Below are positions 9,594-20,536 of a stretch of DNA of 64,000 nucleotides, one piece after another; positions within the stretch are counted from its first letter, which is position 1; each line of letters opens with the position of its first letter. The stretch lies in NCBI GenBank assembly GCA_035161305.1, contig JAALXO010000075.1:1588-65587 (forward strand), given 5' to 3'. A program made the position numbers and the translations under genes. Source of the stretch: Candidatus Hestiella acidicharens (GTDB lineage Archaea > Thermoproteota > Thermoprotei_A > Sulfolobales > Acidilobaceae). Below the pieces are notes generated by a model. It was not told the origin of the DNA. It searched no databases and saw only the letters and a list, made by a program, of their open reading frames with translations.

Positions 9594-11054
9594 GTGGGTG
9601 GAATGATTCGACCAAAAAAGGACAGGCTGATTTCAAGCTTTTCCGAATGGTTTGACTCTGTACTGAAAAAGGCTGAGGTTTACGACTATGGCAGGTATCC
9701 AGTAAAGGGCATGGGGGTTTGGCTTCCCTATGGCTTTCAGATTAGAAAAAAGATAATAGAAAAAATAAGGAACCTTCTTGATGAAACCAATCATGAAGAG
9801 GTGCTTTTTCCCCTCCTAATTCCCGATTGGATGCTTAAAAAGGAAGGTGAGCATATAAGAGGCTTTGAAGATGAGGTTTATTGGATAACCCATGGCGGGT
9901 TAGAAGAACTTGATCAGAAATTAGCCCTTAGGCCAACAAGTGAAACGATAATCACATATTACGAATCACTTTGGTATCAAAGCTATAGGCAACTTCCAAA
10001 GAAACTCTACCAAATAGTTAGCATGTTTAGATATGAGACGAAGGCAACAAGGGCACTAATTAGGCTGAGAGAAGTCACAACCTTTAAAGAGGCGCATACC
10101 CTACATGAGAACTATTATGATGCTGAAAGGCAAGTAGAGGAGGCTATTGAAATATATAAGAAGTTTTTTGATGCATTAAAAATACCCTATTTAATTTCTA
10201 AGAGACCTGATTGGGATAAATTCGCAGGGGCCCTGTATACGATAGCGTTTGACACACTTCTGCCTGATGGAAAAACCTTGCAAATAGGAACAGTGCACCA
10301 CCTTGGGCAGAGCTTCCCTAAGGCATTTAACTTCAAAATACAGCTAAAAGATGGTTCCTACGACCATCCCTGGCAAACTAGCTATGGGATTAGTGATAGG
10401 GTATTGGCAACGCTAATAGCAATACATGGTGATGACAATGGGTTGGTGTTGCCACCTAGCGTAGCACCCCTTCAAGCAGTAGTGGTTCCTATAATACCTA
10501 GCAATAAAGGAATCAAGGATGACATAAACAAATACGCAATAGCCATTACAGATGAACTTAACAAAAATGGCATAAAGGCCAAACTGGATGATAGGGAAGA
10601 CATGACGCCGGGTGAAAAATATTATTACTGGGATTCGAAAGGCGTACCCCTGAGGATAGAAATAGGTGAAAGGGAGTTTAGAAAGAACACAGCAACAGTA
10701 GTCAGGAGGGATACACTAGAAAAGAGGGTTGTTAATAGGGAAAGGTTAATTGAAGAAGTAAAGGCAACTATGGAAATGATATCACAAAACCTGTATGATA
10801 CCGCATGGGAAAATATGAAGAAAAAGATCCATAGGGTTAATACGCCAGAAGAGGCAAGGCAACTTTTAAACAAGAAGGAAGGTATCGTGGAAATCCCGTG
10901 GTGTGGAAGAGAAGAATGTGCACTAAAGATAATGGACTCTATTGATGCCAAAAGCCTAGGAACACCATGGCCTAGCAGGAAAATAAATGAGGAAAAATGC
11001 CCCATTTGCGGAAGGCGTGCCATAACAGTCATGAGATATGCCAGGCAATATTAG
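9594..11054 (+). CDS. proS: Prolyl-tRNA synthetase (archaeal/eukaryotic type)
   Basis: [49 protein letters not shown]-terminal zinc site and FARxY-like end. Confidence 0.97.
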   Translation: MGGMIRPKKDRLISSFSEWFDSVLKKAEVYDYGRYPVKGMGVWLPYGFQIRKKIIEKIRNLLDETNHEEVLFPLLIPDWMLKKEGEHIRGFEDEVYWITHGGLEELDQKLALRPTSETIITYYESLWYQSYRQLPKKLYQIVSMFRYETKATRALIRLREVTTFKEAHTLHENYYDAERQVEEAIEIYKKFFDALKIPYLISKRPDWDKFAGALYTIAFDTLLPDGKTLQIGTVHHLGQSFPKAFNFKIQLKDGSYDHPWQTSYGISDRVLATLIAIHGDDNGLVLPPSVAPLQAVVVPIIPSNKGIKDDINKYAIAITDELNKNGIKAKLDDREDMTPGEKYYYWDSKGVPLRIEIGEREFRKNTATVVRRDTLEKRVVNRERLIEEVKATMEMISQNLYDTAWENMKKKIHRVNTPEEARQLLNKKEGIVEIPWCGREECALKIMDSIDAKSLGTPWPSRKINEEKCPICGRRAITVMRYARQY

Positions 11055-11214
11055 CCTCATTTTTAGATTAGAAGTAAAAAGAAAGCTCAGAGGGCTCCTT
11101 GTCGACATCTATTTTCCGAGTCCACCACACTCTTCATTGCAAGAAAATGGTTTCAGACAGGTTTTAAATATTTAATGAATAATTATGTTAGTTAGAAATA
11201 AATCCCATTATAAC

Positions 11215-11901
11215 TTAGTTGACTTCAAAACCCTCAACGCCTACCAGGGGTACAAACAGAACTGATATGTCATATTTTATATTTAATTCGTAATCACGAT
11301 GCTTATGTACTATTGCGAGCCTCTGCTCATATTTACCTCCAATAGGCAATACTGCTATCCCGCCTTCTTTTAGCTGCTCTTTGACAAAGCTTGGTATTTT
11401 AGGGCATGCAGCCGTGATGATAATCCTATCGTATGGCTGGCCTTCTTTATAGCCTATAGAACCATCGCCAACTATTAGGGTTACGTATTGCAGTAGATTA
11501 ACCTTCTTTAGTTTCTCCCTAGCCATATCTGAGAGCTCTCTAACCCTTTCTATAGACCATACGTGCCCCTGTTCCTTTACAAGGTATGCAATTATCGCTG
11601 TCTGATACCCAGAACCAGTTCCCACTTCCAATACCCTCGATCCCTCAGCAGGTTGAAGCAGCTCCGTCATGTATGCTACAATGCTTGGCGCACTAATGGT
11701 CTGCCCATATCCTATGGGTAGGGGTATATCGTCATATGCTTTGTGTAAATATTTTTCTGGAACAAAGATAGACCTGTCTATCTCAAGCATAGCCCTTTCT
11801 ATCCTCTCTGATCTTATGTAGCCTTCGTTTTTTAATTTTTCTACTAGTCTTTTCTGCAGAGAACCTCTCAAAAATCTCCACCACTGATAACTTCCAAACA
11901 A
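11215..11901 (-). CDS. pcm: Protein-L-isoaspartate O-methyltransferase
   Basis: AYDDIPLPIGYGQTISAP, VLEVGTGSGYQTA, GDGSIG...PYDRIIITAA. Confidence 0.95.
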   Translation of the reverse strand: MFGSYQWWRFLRGSLQKRLVEKLKNEGYIRSERIERAMLEIDRSIFVPEKYLHKAYDDIPLPIGYGQTISAPSIVAYMTELLQPAEGSRVLEVGTGSGYQTAIIAYLVKEQGHVWSIERVRELSDMAREKLKKVNLLQYVTLIVGDGSIGYKEGQPYDRIIITAACPKIPSFVKEQLKEGGIAVLPIGGKYEQRLAIVHKHRDYELNIKYDISVLFVPLVGVEGFEVN

Positions 11902-11909
11902 CTAGCTCC

Positions 11910-12824
11910 CTAAAACTTTAGACCAACGCTTTCGAGCATTTTTGATACCATAAAATGGGGAATTCTGCTTAGCATGCTTCTCTCCACGTTGTTAGGGAAG
12001 CAATTCACCACACTAGAGGTATGATCAACTATTGCACTCAAAGTTTTGATACCCTTCCTTATTATATCACCTTCATTTTCATCATGGTTGTTTGCCGTTA
12101 CCCATTTCTCGAACAATATTTCTCCTGGGTCTAGCTTTTCTTTTTCTCCCTTTAAATACGAATAGTAATCACTTATGTCATCGGCTATTTGATAAGCTAT
12201 CCCTAACTTATTCCCATAAGTTTCCGCGTTATTTATAACCACCTTGTTTTTTGCTGCAATCGCCCCTAAAACCGTCGAAAGGCTAAAAAGGGAGGCGGTT
12301 TTCAATTTAATAATTTCTATGTAGTCAGAGGGTTTTAACTTAAGGTAGGCATACGCATCTAGTATTTCCCCTCTGACCATTGACTCCCATGCCTTTATAC
12401 TATATTTTATTGCTTCGAAGCCATAGTTTTGTATTATCCTTTGCGCAACAGGAATAAGCAAGAGACTAGTGAGAGCTGTTTTTCCTACACCATAGATTAC
12501 CCAACTCGAAAGCTTCCCTCTTCTCTTTACGTCTCTATCTATTATGTCATCCATAGCCAAGCTTGCTGCATGAACAATTTCTATAGCAACGGCAGCATCC
12601 GAAGCCTTTTCAATAGTGCCTCCTAAGGATTCTGCAAACAATATCGTAAGAAAACCTCTAAACATTTTTCCTCCTTTTGCCAAGTAGTAGGGGATGCTCT
12701 CAATCCCTAAGTCTTCGATCGATCTTGTGGTGTCTTCTAACTTTGGTTCAAGGTACTCTCTTACCCTCTCCCATCTTTCTATGATCATAGTATCGACGTC
12801 TTGCATTGCTTTCTCTTCGCTCAC
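11910..12824 (-). CDS. Polyprenyl diphosphate synthase
   Basis: GGKMFRG, first Asp-rich motif DDIIDRDVKRRG, KTASLF, second motif YQIADDISD. Confidence 0.9.
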   Translation of the reverse strand: MSEEKAMQDVDTMIIERWERVREYLEPKLEDTTRSIEDLGIESIPYYLAKGGKMFRGFLTILFAESLGGTIEKASDAAVAIEIVHAASLAMDDIIDRDVKRRGKLSSWVIYGVGKTALTSLLLIPVAQRIIQNYGFEAIKYSIKAWESMVRGEILDAYAYLKLKPSDYIEIIKLKTASLFSLSTVLGAIAAKNKVVINNAETYGNKLGIAYQIADDISDYYSYLKGEKEKLDPGEILFEKWVTANNHDENEGDIIRKGIKTLSAIVDHTSSVVNCFPNNVERSMLSRIPHFMVSKMLESVGLKF

Positions 12825-13091
12825 GCCGTTGCACCTAACCCCGTATATTTTTACTTTTGGAGTTTATTAATATACATTCAATATTACCGTATTTTCTCAG
12901 CTTATAGCTACTATAAATTCCACCATACATTACGTTTTACTAAGAGAACTATTAGTCTATCAGATAAAATAGTCTTTTTTATCCATTGCCTAATACTGCA
13001 TTTCTAGTAAAGGCTAGAGGGAGTATCAAAAACAAATCGGCCGACATTTAAATATTTAGAGGTCAACCATTCACAGGGTCAATGCTAATTA

Positions 13092-13820
13092 ATGATAGTG
13101 ATGATGGATATGAAGAAGGCTGGGCTTGGCTTAGATGAAGAGTTTTGGAAGGATTTGGTTAATGAAATAGAAAGGTATTCACAAAGGGGATGCTATGAAA
13201 AAGCAAATAACATAATGAGTTTCTATACCTTAAAAAAACTAAGGATTATTGCTTCAAGCCTAGCAGTCGGATCAAAGGTAATAGTAGATGCTGGTAGCGG
13301 ACCTGGTACCTCAACATGGTATATAAAACAGGTTAATAGTGATTCTCTCATTGTCGCTTTAGATCCTTCTTTTGCCATGCTAGAAGTAGCAAAGGATTCC
13401 ATGGAAAATCTGAACCTAGTTAACGGCATGTTTGAATGTATACCAATGAAGGAAAACTCCGCAGACTCTATTATAGCGATGTTTTCATTCAGGGATGCCA
13501 GGTTCTATGAAGATGCAATCAAAGAGTTTTCTAGGATACTAAGACCTGATGGTAAGCTCATAATATTAGATCTCTACAAGCCAGAAAATACACTAGAGAA
13601 GATTTTGGCGCTTTTCCAATTTAATATTTTCTCTATAATATCTGGCTTGCTTGCTGGGTGTGGTCTTGACTCCTTTAATTTTAATTACTTATACAAGACA
13701 TTAAATAAAATGTTAACTCCGAAAGAGCTACTGGTCGTAACAAAAAAATATTTTAGAAATGCAGTTTTCAAAAAATTACCTATATTAGTAGGAATCTTAT
13801 ATGCAATGAATCCTCTTTAG
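13092..13820 (+). CDS. Class I SAM-dependent methyltransferase (UbiE/MenG-like)
   Basis: VDAGSGPG, LDPSFAML, FSFRDA, SRILRPDGKLIILD; divergent from prenyl synthase. Confidence 0.8.
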   Translation: MIVMMDMKKAGLGLDEEFWKDLVNEIERYSQRGCYEKANNIMSFYTLKKLRIIASSLAVGSKVIVDAGSGPGTSTWYIKQVNSDSLIVALDPSFAMLEVAKDSMENLNLVNGMFECIPMKENSADSIIAMFSFRDARFYEDAIKEFSRILRPDGKLIILDLYKPENTLEKILALFQFNIFSIISGLLAGCGLDSFNFNYLYKTLNKMLTPKELLVVTKKYFRNAVFKKLPILVGILYAMNPL

Positions 13821-14086
13821 TTTCGCTAGTAACATATTTGTACCAGCTGCTATTAGCAACCATTTCCAATCTTATTATAGGCCATTATAGGGGTTCAGCC
13901 AAGATGTGTTACATTTTCCCTTGGTATCATTGTGATTATAAACTATATGGAAGTCATGGGCACCCTTCGGGGAGCAAGAATTCTAGCATTTAGGAGATGC
14001 GCTCTATAGGTCATCTTCAAAAAGCCTATAGAAAACTTTACTCAATAAATTCTTGCTAGTTCCATTTCCCCTAGGTGGTCATTTAT

Positions 14087-14240
14087 TTTATATAGGTTTA
14101 TGGTAGCACCTAAAGAGTTCCACCTCACCCATAACCCCCTCTTGAGGGTTATGAGGTCATGGATGGCAGTTGAAGCCAACGGCACAAGGCTCCCATCTAA
14201 GTCATGCCATGCGGGGGCTTGGAGCATTATTCTCATTGCT
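14087..14240 (+). repeat. Dispersed degenerate repeat family A, copy 3
   Basis: TTTATATAG start, GAGTTCCACCTCA, GGGGCTTGGAGC shared with copies 1 and 2. Confidence 0.75.
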
Positions 14241-14328
14241 CCTCAAACAGTAACTTGACCATCAATATGTATAAACTCTTCCTCGGAACGTTAAAATGTA
14301 TTCAGCCCAGCCGAAAGCTATTCAAACG

Positions 14329-14574
14329 CTAGTGTTTAGTTTTCCTTCTGAATTGTCTTGTTGGTGCATCCCTTCTCCTTTCTATGTATCCCTTTGCATG
14401 AGAAACTATGTGATTTAATAGATCAGGTTCGCTGAAAAAGAGGGCGCTCTTACAAATTGGGCATACATAACCTCCGGAATTTTTAGCCTTATATGCTATT
14501 ATCCTAGATCCCTTGAAGCTTACCTCGACTTCTATAAGATCCTCAAAAAGGCTTTTATTATCATCATCAAGCAA
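14329..14574 (-). CDS. Small C2H2-type zinc-finger protein
   Basis: YVCPICKSALFFSEPDLLNHIVSH (C-x2-C-x13-H-x3-H). Confidence 0.75.
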   Translation of the reverse strand: MLDDDNKSLFEDLIEVEVSFKGSRIIAYKAKNSGGYVCPICKSALFFSEPDLLNHIVSHAKGYIERRRDAPTRQFRRKTKH

Positions 14575-14769
14575 TTCTATACCCTTATATAAGAATTATT
14601 ATAAAGGACATATAACTCTTTCTTTTAGAACTTTGCTACTATAAGACCTAAGGCATTCATCCTTTTTAATAAACCTTCGAGAGTTTAGCGCTACCTTTAA
14701 GGAAAAGCCAAGGTTGAAGCTCTGAGAAAAATCTCTTACAAAACAAAAATAAACTTTTGGTAGATTCAA

Positions 14770-15180
14770 TCATTCATAAGATGTTAGCCTTGTTAATATC
14801 CCAGTAAGGTCTCTTACCAAGATTAGACCTTTTAACCTTCCTTCAGAATCAACCACTGGTAGATGTCTTATCCCTTTTTCATACATTAAGGTCACGACTT
14901 TACTTATACTATCGCTTTCCTTTACTGTCCAAGGATTTTTTGTCATAACATCCCCTAAGCTTTTATCCAGAGGTATATCATTTGCAACAATCCTTGTCAG
15001 ATCTCTTTCCGTAAATATTCCAATAACTTTATCCTCCGGTGATGTAACGACCACGCAACCTATGCTGTTTTCATCCATCAGCTTTGCAGCATCTTTTATT
15101 TTTATGTTGGGCATTGCCGAAACAGCTTTTTTCATGATGTCTGAAGCTTTTAATTTCAATGTACTTGACACGATAGACAC
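14770..15180 (-). CDS. CBS-domain protein
   Basis: Paired CBS repeats: ASDIMKK...VIGIFTERDL and GDVMTK...IRHLPVVD.EGRLKGLI. Confidence 0.92.
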   Translation of the reverse strand: MSIVSSTLKLKASDIMKKAVSAMPNIKIKDAAKLMDENSIGCVVVTSPEDKVIGIFTERDLTRIVANDIPLDKSLGDVMTKNPWTVKESDSISKVVTLMYEKGIRHLPVVDSEGRLKGLILVRDLTGILTRLTSYE

Positions 15181-15275
15181 CGTTATATTACTTCTTCATC
15201 CAGGGTATAAAAGTTTTATTATTTAATTAAAAATATTTTTATAAAATTGTTATATATAAGGATTATTTATACTTG

Positions 15276-15677
<402 letters not shown>

Positions 15678-15791
15678 AATATAAATAACTGCTATAAAAA
15701 AATATACTGCTATAAAAATATATAGCCAAGTACTCAAATTAAAACAGGTGAAGGGCTCCAATGCCTTAGGACACAATAAGACGGGCCTAGA

Positions 15792-15866
15792 GGACCCGTA
15801 GCTCAGCCAGGATAGAGCGTCGGCCCTCTAAGCCGAATGTCGGGGGTTCAAATCCCCCCGGGTCCG
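15792..15866 (+). tRNA. tRNA-Arg(UCU), position 33 is C
   Basis: Acceptor GGACCCG/CGGGTCC, anticodon arm TCGGC-CCTCTAA-GCCGA, T-arm GGGGG-TTCAAAT-CCCCC. Confidence 0.93.
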
Positions 15867-15957
15867 CCTACATAAACACCTTGTATCTATGCATGCTAAG
15901 CAATTAAAGACCTATAAGCATGTTACATCAGCATACTCATAACCCTAAAGGTAAGAA

Positions 15958-16272
15958 GTGGTTGCCTCTGCATATGATATATTTTCATTATTTTTATAAC
16001 TTTGGTAACCATGCAAAGGCTTTTTCCTCATAAACCTCATCTTTGTTAGCAGTTCATTAAGGGCTACGCTAATGAATATTGCTTGACCTACCATTGCTTG
16101 ATCTACCTTACTAGAAATTAAGCTTGACCTTAAGCCCTTAATGGTAGCCTTACTCTCATTAGCACAAGAAAAGAGAGGTGTTACTATTCCCATTCCTTCT
16201 TCTTATTGGCTTTTCCCGAGCATTTAAAATTCCCTAGCGCTGTCAAATTAAATACTCAAATAAGCAGATAGT
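15958..16272 (-). repeat. Dispersed repeat family B, copy 1 (decayed gene plus upstream region)
   Basis: Reverse complement shares exact ACTATCTGCTTATTTGAGTATT, AATAAGAAGAAGGAAT, CAAAGATGAGGT, ATGGTTACCAAAGTTA with 48576-48868. Confidence 0.9.
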
Positions 16273-16432
16273 CTTTCGCTTGGATCTCGGAGGCAATGAT
16301 TTTTGGTTTTTCAAAATACGTTTTAGGGAATTTTGATTAGAATTAATAAAAACATTAAACAGAATCTACTAAACATGTTATTTTTTAACCTTTTTTTATT
16401 ACTCCCCCTCTTGAACGAGGAGCTGGTGAAAA

Positions 16433-18646
16433 ATGGGAGCCAGGGTAAAGCTGGTATCAGAAATTGAGAAAATAATGACAAATATAGAGCAGGTTAGGAA
16501 CATAGGGGTAGTTGCTCATATCGATCATGGTAAAACTACAACAAGCGACACCCTACTAGCGGGTGCTGGAATAATTTCAGAAAGGGTCGCTGGGGAAGCT
16601 ATGCTATTAGATTATTTGAATGTAGAAAAAGAGAGAGGAGTAACAGTAAAGGCCGCAAACGTAAGCTTGTATCATGAGGTAAATGGGAAGCCGTATGTCA
16701 TCAACCTTATAGATACCCCAGGGCATGTAGATTTTTCTGGTATGGTCACAAGGAGCCTAAGGGTTTTAGATGGAGGTATAATAGTTGTCGACGCGGCTGA
16801 AGGTGTAATGACACAAACTGAGACTGTTCTGAGGCAGGCCCTTGGAGAAAGGGTGAAGCCTATACTTTTCATAAACAAGGTAGATAGGCTTATAAAAGAA
16901 CTGAAATATGGTCCGCAACAGATACAGGAAAGGTTTGTAGAAATAATTAGGGATATAAACAACCTTATTGATATGTATGCTGAGCCACAGTTTAAAAATA
17001 AGTGGAAAATAAACCCAGCCGAGGGAAATGTAGCTTTTGGTAGTGCAAAGGACAAATGGGCCCTTACAGTACCGGATGCCACGAAAAAAGGGATAACTTT
17101 CCAGCAAATAATTGATGCTTATTCATCCGAAAGTAAGGAAAGGATCGTAGAGCTATCAAAAAAAGCCCCGATATGGGAGGCTTTGCTTAACATGGTAGTT
17201 AAGTTCATACCGAACCCGAAGGAGGCGCAGAAATATAGGATTCCAAAGATATGGAAGGGAAGCCTAGACTCGGAGCTTGGAAAAGCTATGATGGAAGCTG
17301 ACCCAAACGGTCCTTTAGTCTTTTACGCAAATGCCATCAAAGTAGAAAAGGCAGGGATAGTAGCTACTGGGAGGGTGTTTTCAGGCATCTTAGAACCTGG
17401 CAAGGAGGTCTATATTGTTTCAGGTGATCGTAAGGGAAGGATACTTCAAGTAAGCCTCTACATGGGTCCCTTTAGAGAGCTAACAAGTAGGATACCTGCT
17501 GGAAACATAGCAGCAATAATGGGAATAGAGGGGATGAGGTCTGGCGAAACGATAGTCGACATTGCATATAAGTCACAAGCTGCCCCATTTGAGCAAATGC
17601 ATTACATAAGCGAACCTGTCGTGACCTCGGCCATAGAACCCTTAAAGCTCCAGGACTTACCTAAGATGATAGACGCCCTGAAGAAGCTAACGTTAGAGGA
17701 TCCTAACTTGGTCATAAAAATAAATGAGGAAACCGGTGAGTACCTCATTTCTGGCATGGGACAATTACACCTTGAAATAGCGATGTGGATGCTTAAAGAG
17801 CTTTATGGCGTAGAGGTCAAGGCATCCCCGCCAATAGTTGTCTATAGAGAGTCTGTAAAGCAGGCTAGCAAGACGTTTGAAGGAAAGAGCCCTAACAAGC
17901 ACAATAGGTTCTACATCAGCGTTGAGCCTCTTAATGAAGAAACCATAAGCTTGGTTCAAAAGGGTTTAGTTAGCGAGGATCAGGATGCGAGGGAAAGGGG
18001 TAGGATCCTTAGAGATAAAGCTGGATGGGATTATGATGAGGCAAGGAGGATTTGGTCTATTGATGAGAACATAAACATGTTTGTTGATATGACTTCTGGA
18101 GTGCAATACTTAAAGGAAGTAAAAGATACAATACTAGGAGGGTTTAGGATAGCTGTAAAGGAAGGACCCCTTGCTGCCGAACCGGTAAGGGGGCTAAAGG
18201 TTGTGTTACATGACGCAGAGATACATGAAGACCCAGTCCACAGGGGTCCTGGGCAAATATATCCTGCGGTAAGAAACGCAATATGGGCATCCATGCTTAC
18301 TTCGAAGCCAACGCTATTAGAGCCAATACAGAAGCTTGACATAAAGGTCCCAATAGATTATCTCAGTCAAGTGACGGCAATAATAAGTAAGAAAAGGGGA
18401 AAGATTCTTGACGTTAGGCAAGCAGAGGTACAGGCATTGGTGACGGCCGAGCTCCCAGTTGCAGAGAGCTTTGACATATCTCAAGAGCTAAGGGGCGCTA
18501 CTGCCGGGAAGGCCTTCTGGGGAACGGAGTTTAGCAGATGGGCCCCAGTTCCAGATTCTCTCCTTGATGACCTGATAAAGAAGATAAGGCAGAGAAAGGG
18601 ATTACCTCCTAGGCCACCAAGGCTTGACGACCTTTTAGGGCCATAA
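16433..18646 (+). CDS. fusA: Translation elongation factor 2
   Basis: [21 protein letters not shown] GTPase motifs; diphthamide loop [12 protein letters not shown]. Confidence 0.98.
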   Translation: MGARVKLVSEIEKIMTNIEQVRNIGVVAHIDHGKTTTSDTLLAGAGIISERVAGEAMLLDYLNVEKERGVTVKAANVSLYHEVNGKPYVINLIDTPGHVDFSGMVTRSLRVLDGGIIVVDAAEGVMTQTETVLRQALGERVKPILFINKVDRLIKELKYGPQQIQERFVEIIRDINNLIDMYAEPQFKNKWKINPAEGNVAFGSAKDKWALTVPDATKKGITFQQIIDAYSSESKERIVELSKKAPIWEALLNMVVKFIPNPKEAQKYRIPKIWKGSLDSELGKAMMEADPNGPLVFYANAIKVEKAGIVATGRVFSGILEPGKEVYIVSGDRKGRILQVSLYMGPFRELTSRIPAGNIAAIMGIEGMRSGETIVDIAYKSQAAPFEQMHYISEPVVTSAIEPLKLQDLPKMIDALKKLTLEDPNLVIKINEETGEYLISGMGQLHLEIAMWMLKELYGVEVKASPPIVVYRESVKQASKTFEGKSPNKHNRFYISVEPLNEETISLVQKGLVSEDQDARERGRILRDKAGWDYDEARRIWSIDENINMFVDMTSGVQYLKEVKDTILGGFRIAVKEGPLAAEPVRGLKVVLHDAEIHEDPVHRGPGQIYPAVRNAIWASMLTSKPTLLEPIQKLDIKVPIDYLSQVTAIISKKRGKILDVRQAEVQALVTAELPVAESFDISQELRGATAGKAFWGTEFSRWAPVPDSLLDDLIKKIRQRKGLPPRPPRLDDLLGP

Positions 18647-18647
18647 G

Positions 18648-19361
18648 CTAATATATTATTTTGCTGAACTTTATAGAGGTGAGGTTTCCACTCACCTCTC
18701 CTTTCGACGATTTTATCTTTATATAATCATCCTCAAGAACTAAGCCGATCCTGTGCATTATTGCTGCGCAGTTTTCGGTTGAAGCGGAAGAGCTGATTCC
18801 CCCTTCACTTAGTAAATCCAGGCCGCTGTTTACATCAGGCTGCGAAAGTCCACAATGCCCTAATGGATGCGTATGCATACTATATATTACCTTAACAAAT
18901 GGTAGCCTAACCCTGAAGAGTTCACCTTCAAGTATTGTTAAGTTTGAGCTCTCATCATACAGCAATAGGTATTCTATTCCTGTGGATGTAGTTTTCCTTG
19001 CTAATTCCTTTATAATGTTAATGTCATATTTATATGGGATTAGTGGTATAAGGTTATATATCTTTTTAATGCTTACGTGGCTTCTGACGTATCTTTCCTT
19101 GACTATTCTTAACTTTTTATTACCGATTTCCTCCTCTACGTCCTCGAAATCCCAAGGTGTATTTACTCCAATCTTTATTTCTCTCTTTTTTGTTATCATT
19201 CCAAGAGGGGTTATGTCATTAATGTTTATGCTCGCATCGAAGAGGTCGTAAGCATCGTCATAGGTATCCTCAAGGATTGTTACTAGCTTGTATAACAAAG
19301 AAATGATTAGTGAAGCCTCAGTAACCTTTAGGTCTTGATATTTTTTATTCAAGGTTATCAT
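18648..19361 (-). CDS. Hypothetical protein with JAMM/MPN+-like motif
   Basis: GIEYLL...HTHPLGHCGLSQPD fits E-xn-H-x-H-x7-S-x2-D. Confidence 0.7.
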   Translation of the reverse strand: MITLNKKYQDLKVTEASLIISLLYKLVTILEDTYDDAYDLFDASININDITPLGMITKKREIKIGVNTPWDFEDVEEEIGNKKLRIVKERYVRSHVSIKKIYNLIPLIPYKYDINIIKELARKTTSTGIEYLLLYDESSNLTILEGELFRVRLPFVKVIYSMHTHPLGHCGLSQPDVNSGLDLLSEGGISSSASTENCAAIMHRIGLVLEDDYIKIKSSKGEVSGNLTSIKFSKIIY

Positions 19362-19815
19362 CCCACTCGCGTAGGGCTGTAATCATTATCTTCACCTTCT
19401 CCCCATTTTTGATGTCATTTATTAATTTCCTGTCTATTTCTAGGGCTGCTTTGTTTGCCCTAATCATTACAGTAGAAGGCTCAATGTACGTGCTCTTCCT
19501 AAAGATGATTTTGTTCTCACTGCTTAGGATGAGATTTCTACTACCAAAGCCAATAACGCTGTCACAGGCGTTTTTTGTGCAAAATACAGCTATTATTATT
19601 GAGGTATCGCTTCTCATATTATTTATTAGCCATGCAGGAAAGTCCTTTGCTGACTTTTCCGAGCTTATAGCTATTATACAGTCTCCTCTATATGTTACAT
19701 AGTTGTCCTTCGTTATCTCTAGCGTCGTTTTGTGCTTTGCTCTAATATTCTTGTGGCCATACGCATTAAACGCAAACCATTTGGTCTCAAACGTCTCCCC
19801 TCTCATTTCTTTCAT
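19345..19815 (-). CDS. DUF371 family protein
   Basis: AYGHKNIRAKHKTTLEITKDNYVTYRGDCII...IFRKSTYI..T.MIRANKAA.EIDR. Confidence 0.9.
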   Translation of the reverse strand: MKEMRGETFETKWFAFNAYGHKNIRAKHKTTLEITKDNYVTYRGDCIIAISSEKSAKDFPAWLINNMRSDTSIIIAVFCTKNACDSVIGFGSRNLILSSENKIIFRKSTYIEPSTVMIRANKAALEIDRKLINDIKNGEKVKIMITALREWDDNLE

Positions 19816-20536
19816 CCTTTAAATAAAACATGTCTAGTGTACTTCTGCCCTTTGGATTTCTTTTGTAGGGAGCTTTTATTATTTCTCTTATCTTAATGGC
19901 TTTTTTCTCACCTAAAACCTTTGAAAGCTCAGAAACGTTGCAGTTAAAGAATCTTTCTAACGTAGAAAATTCTTCCAGTATCCTCTCGGCTGTCTTGTTT
20001 CCAATACCTGGAAAGGATTGGAGAATATATAGCTGCCATTCCCTTTTATCGTTAATTTTAGGTTTTTTATGTATTACAAAGTCCATACTAAAATCTTTGC
20101 TATTAGCTTTCTTTAATAATGAAATTAAATAATTGGCTGTGGAAAGTCTATCAATGCTCCATAAAACCTTTGCATTAAAATCTATAATGAGGGATATCAT
20201 TGCAGCCTCTATTTGCTTTTCCCTGTTCTTCCACCTATAGACTACCCTCCTAAAGTCTCCCTCGACGATGTATATAATGTGCTGGTAATTTTCAGAAAGC
20301 CTTTTCGCTTGGTCAAAAAGCCTACCATCGAACAGCGATTTCACAAAATCATAGGAACTTTTCCTTTCTATTATTAGGCCTTTTGGTATTATATAGTCTC
20401 CTTCTTCTAGTTGCCTCCTTATTACTATAATTCCATAGGATTCCAATAGCTTTGGGATGCCGGATTCTTCTTCCCTTACATCTGCATATATTCTCTTTAC
20501 CTTGTCTTCCCTATTACTTTCTTCCCTATTGCTCAT
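19787..20536 (-). CDS. xpf: XPF/ERCC4-family structure-specific nuclease (crenarchaeal short form)
   Basis: IYADVREE, GDYII...IIERKS..DF..SLFDGRLFDQ, C-terminal HhH; start moved to ATG at 20536. Confidence 0.92.
   Translation of the reverse strand: MSNREESNREDKVKRIYADVREEESGIPKLLESYGIIVIRRQLEEGDYIIPKGLIIERKSSYDFVKSLFDGRLFDQAKRLSENYQHIIYIVEGDFRRVVYRWKNREKQIEAAMISLIIDFNAKVLWSIDRLSTANYLISLLKKANSKDFSMDFVIHKKPKINDKREWQLYILQSFPGIGNKTAERILEEFSTLERFFNCNVSELSKVLGEKKAIKIREIIKAPYKRNPKGRSTLDMFYLKDERNERGDV

Noticed and set aside
15688-15718. 13-bp direct repeat ACTGCTATAAAAA beside the IS end
   Set aside because: Short, low complexity, probably local slippage
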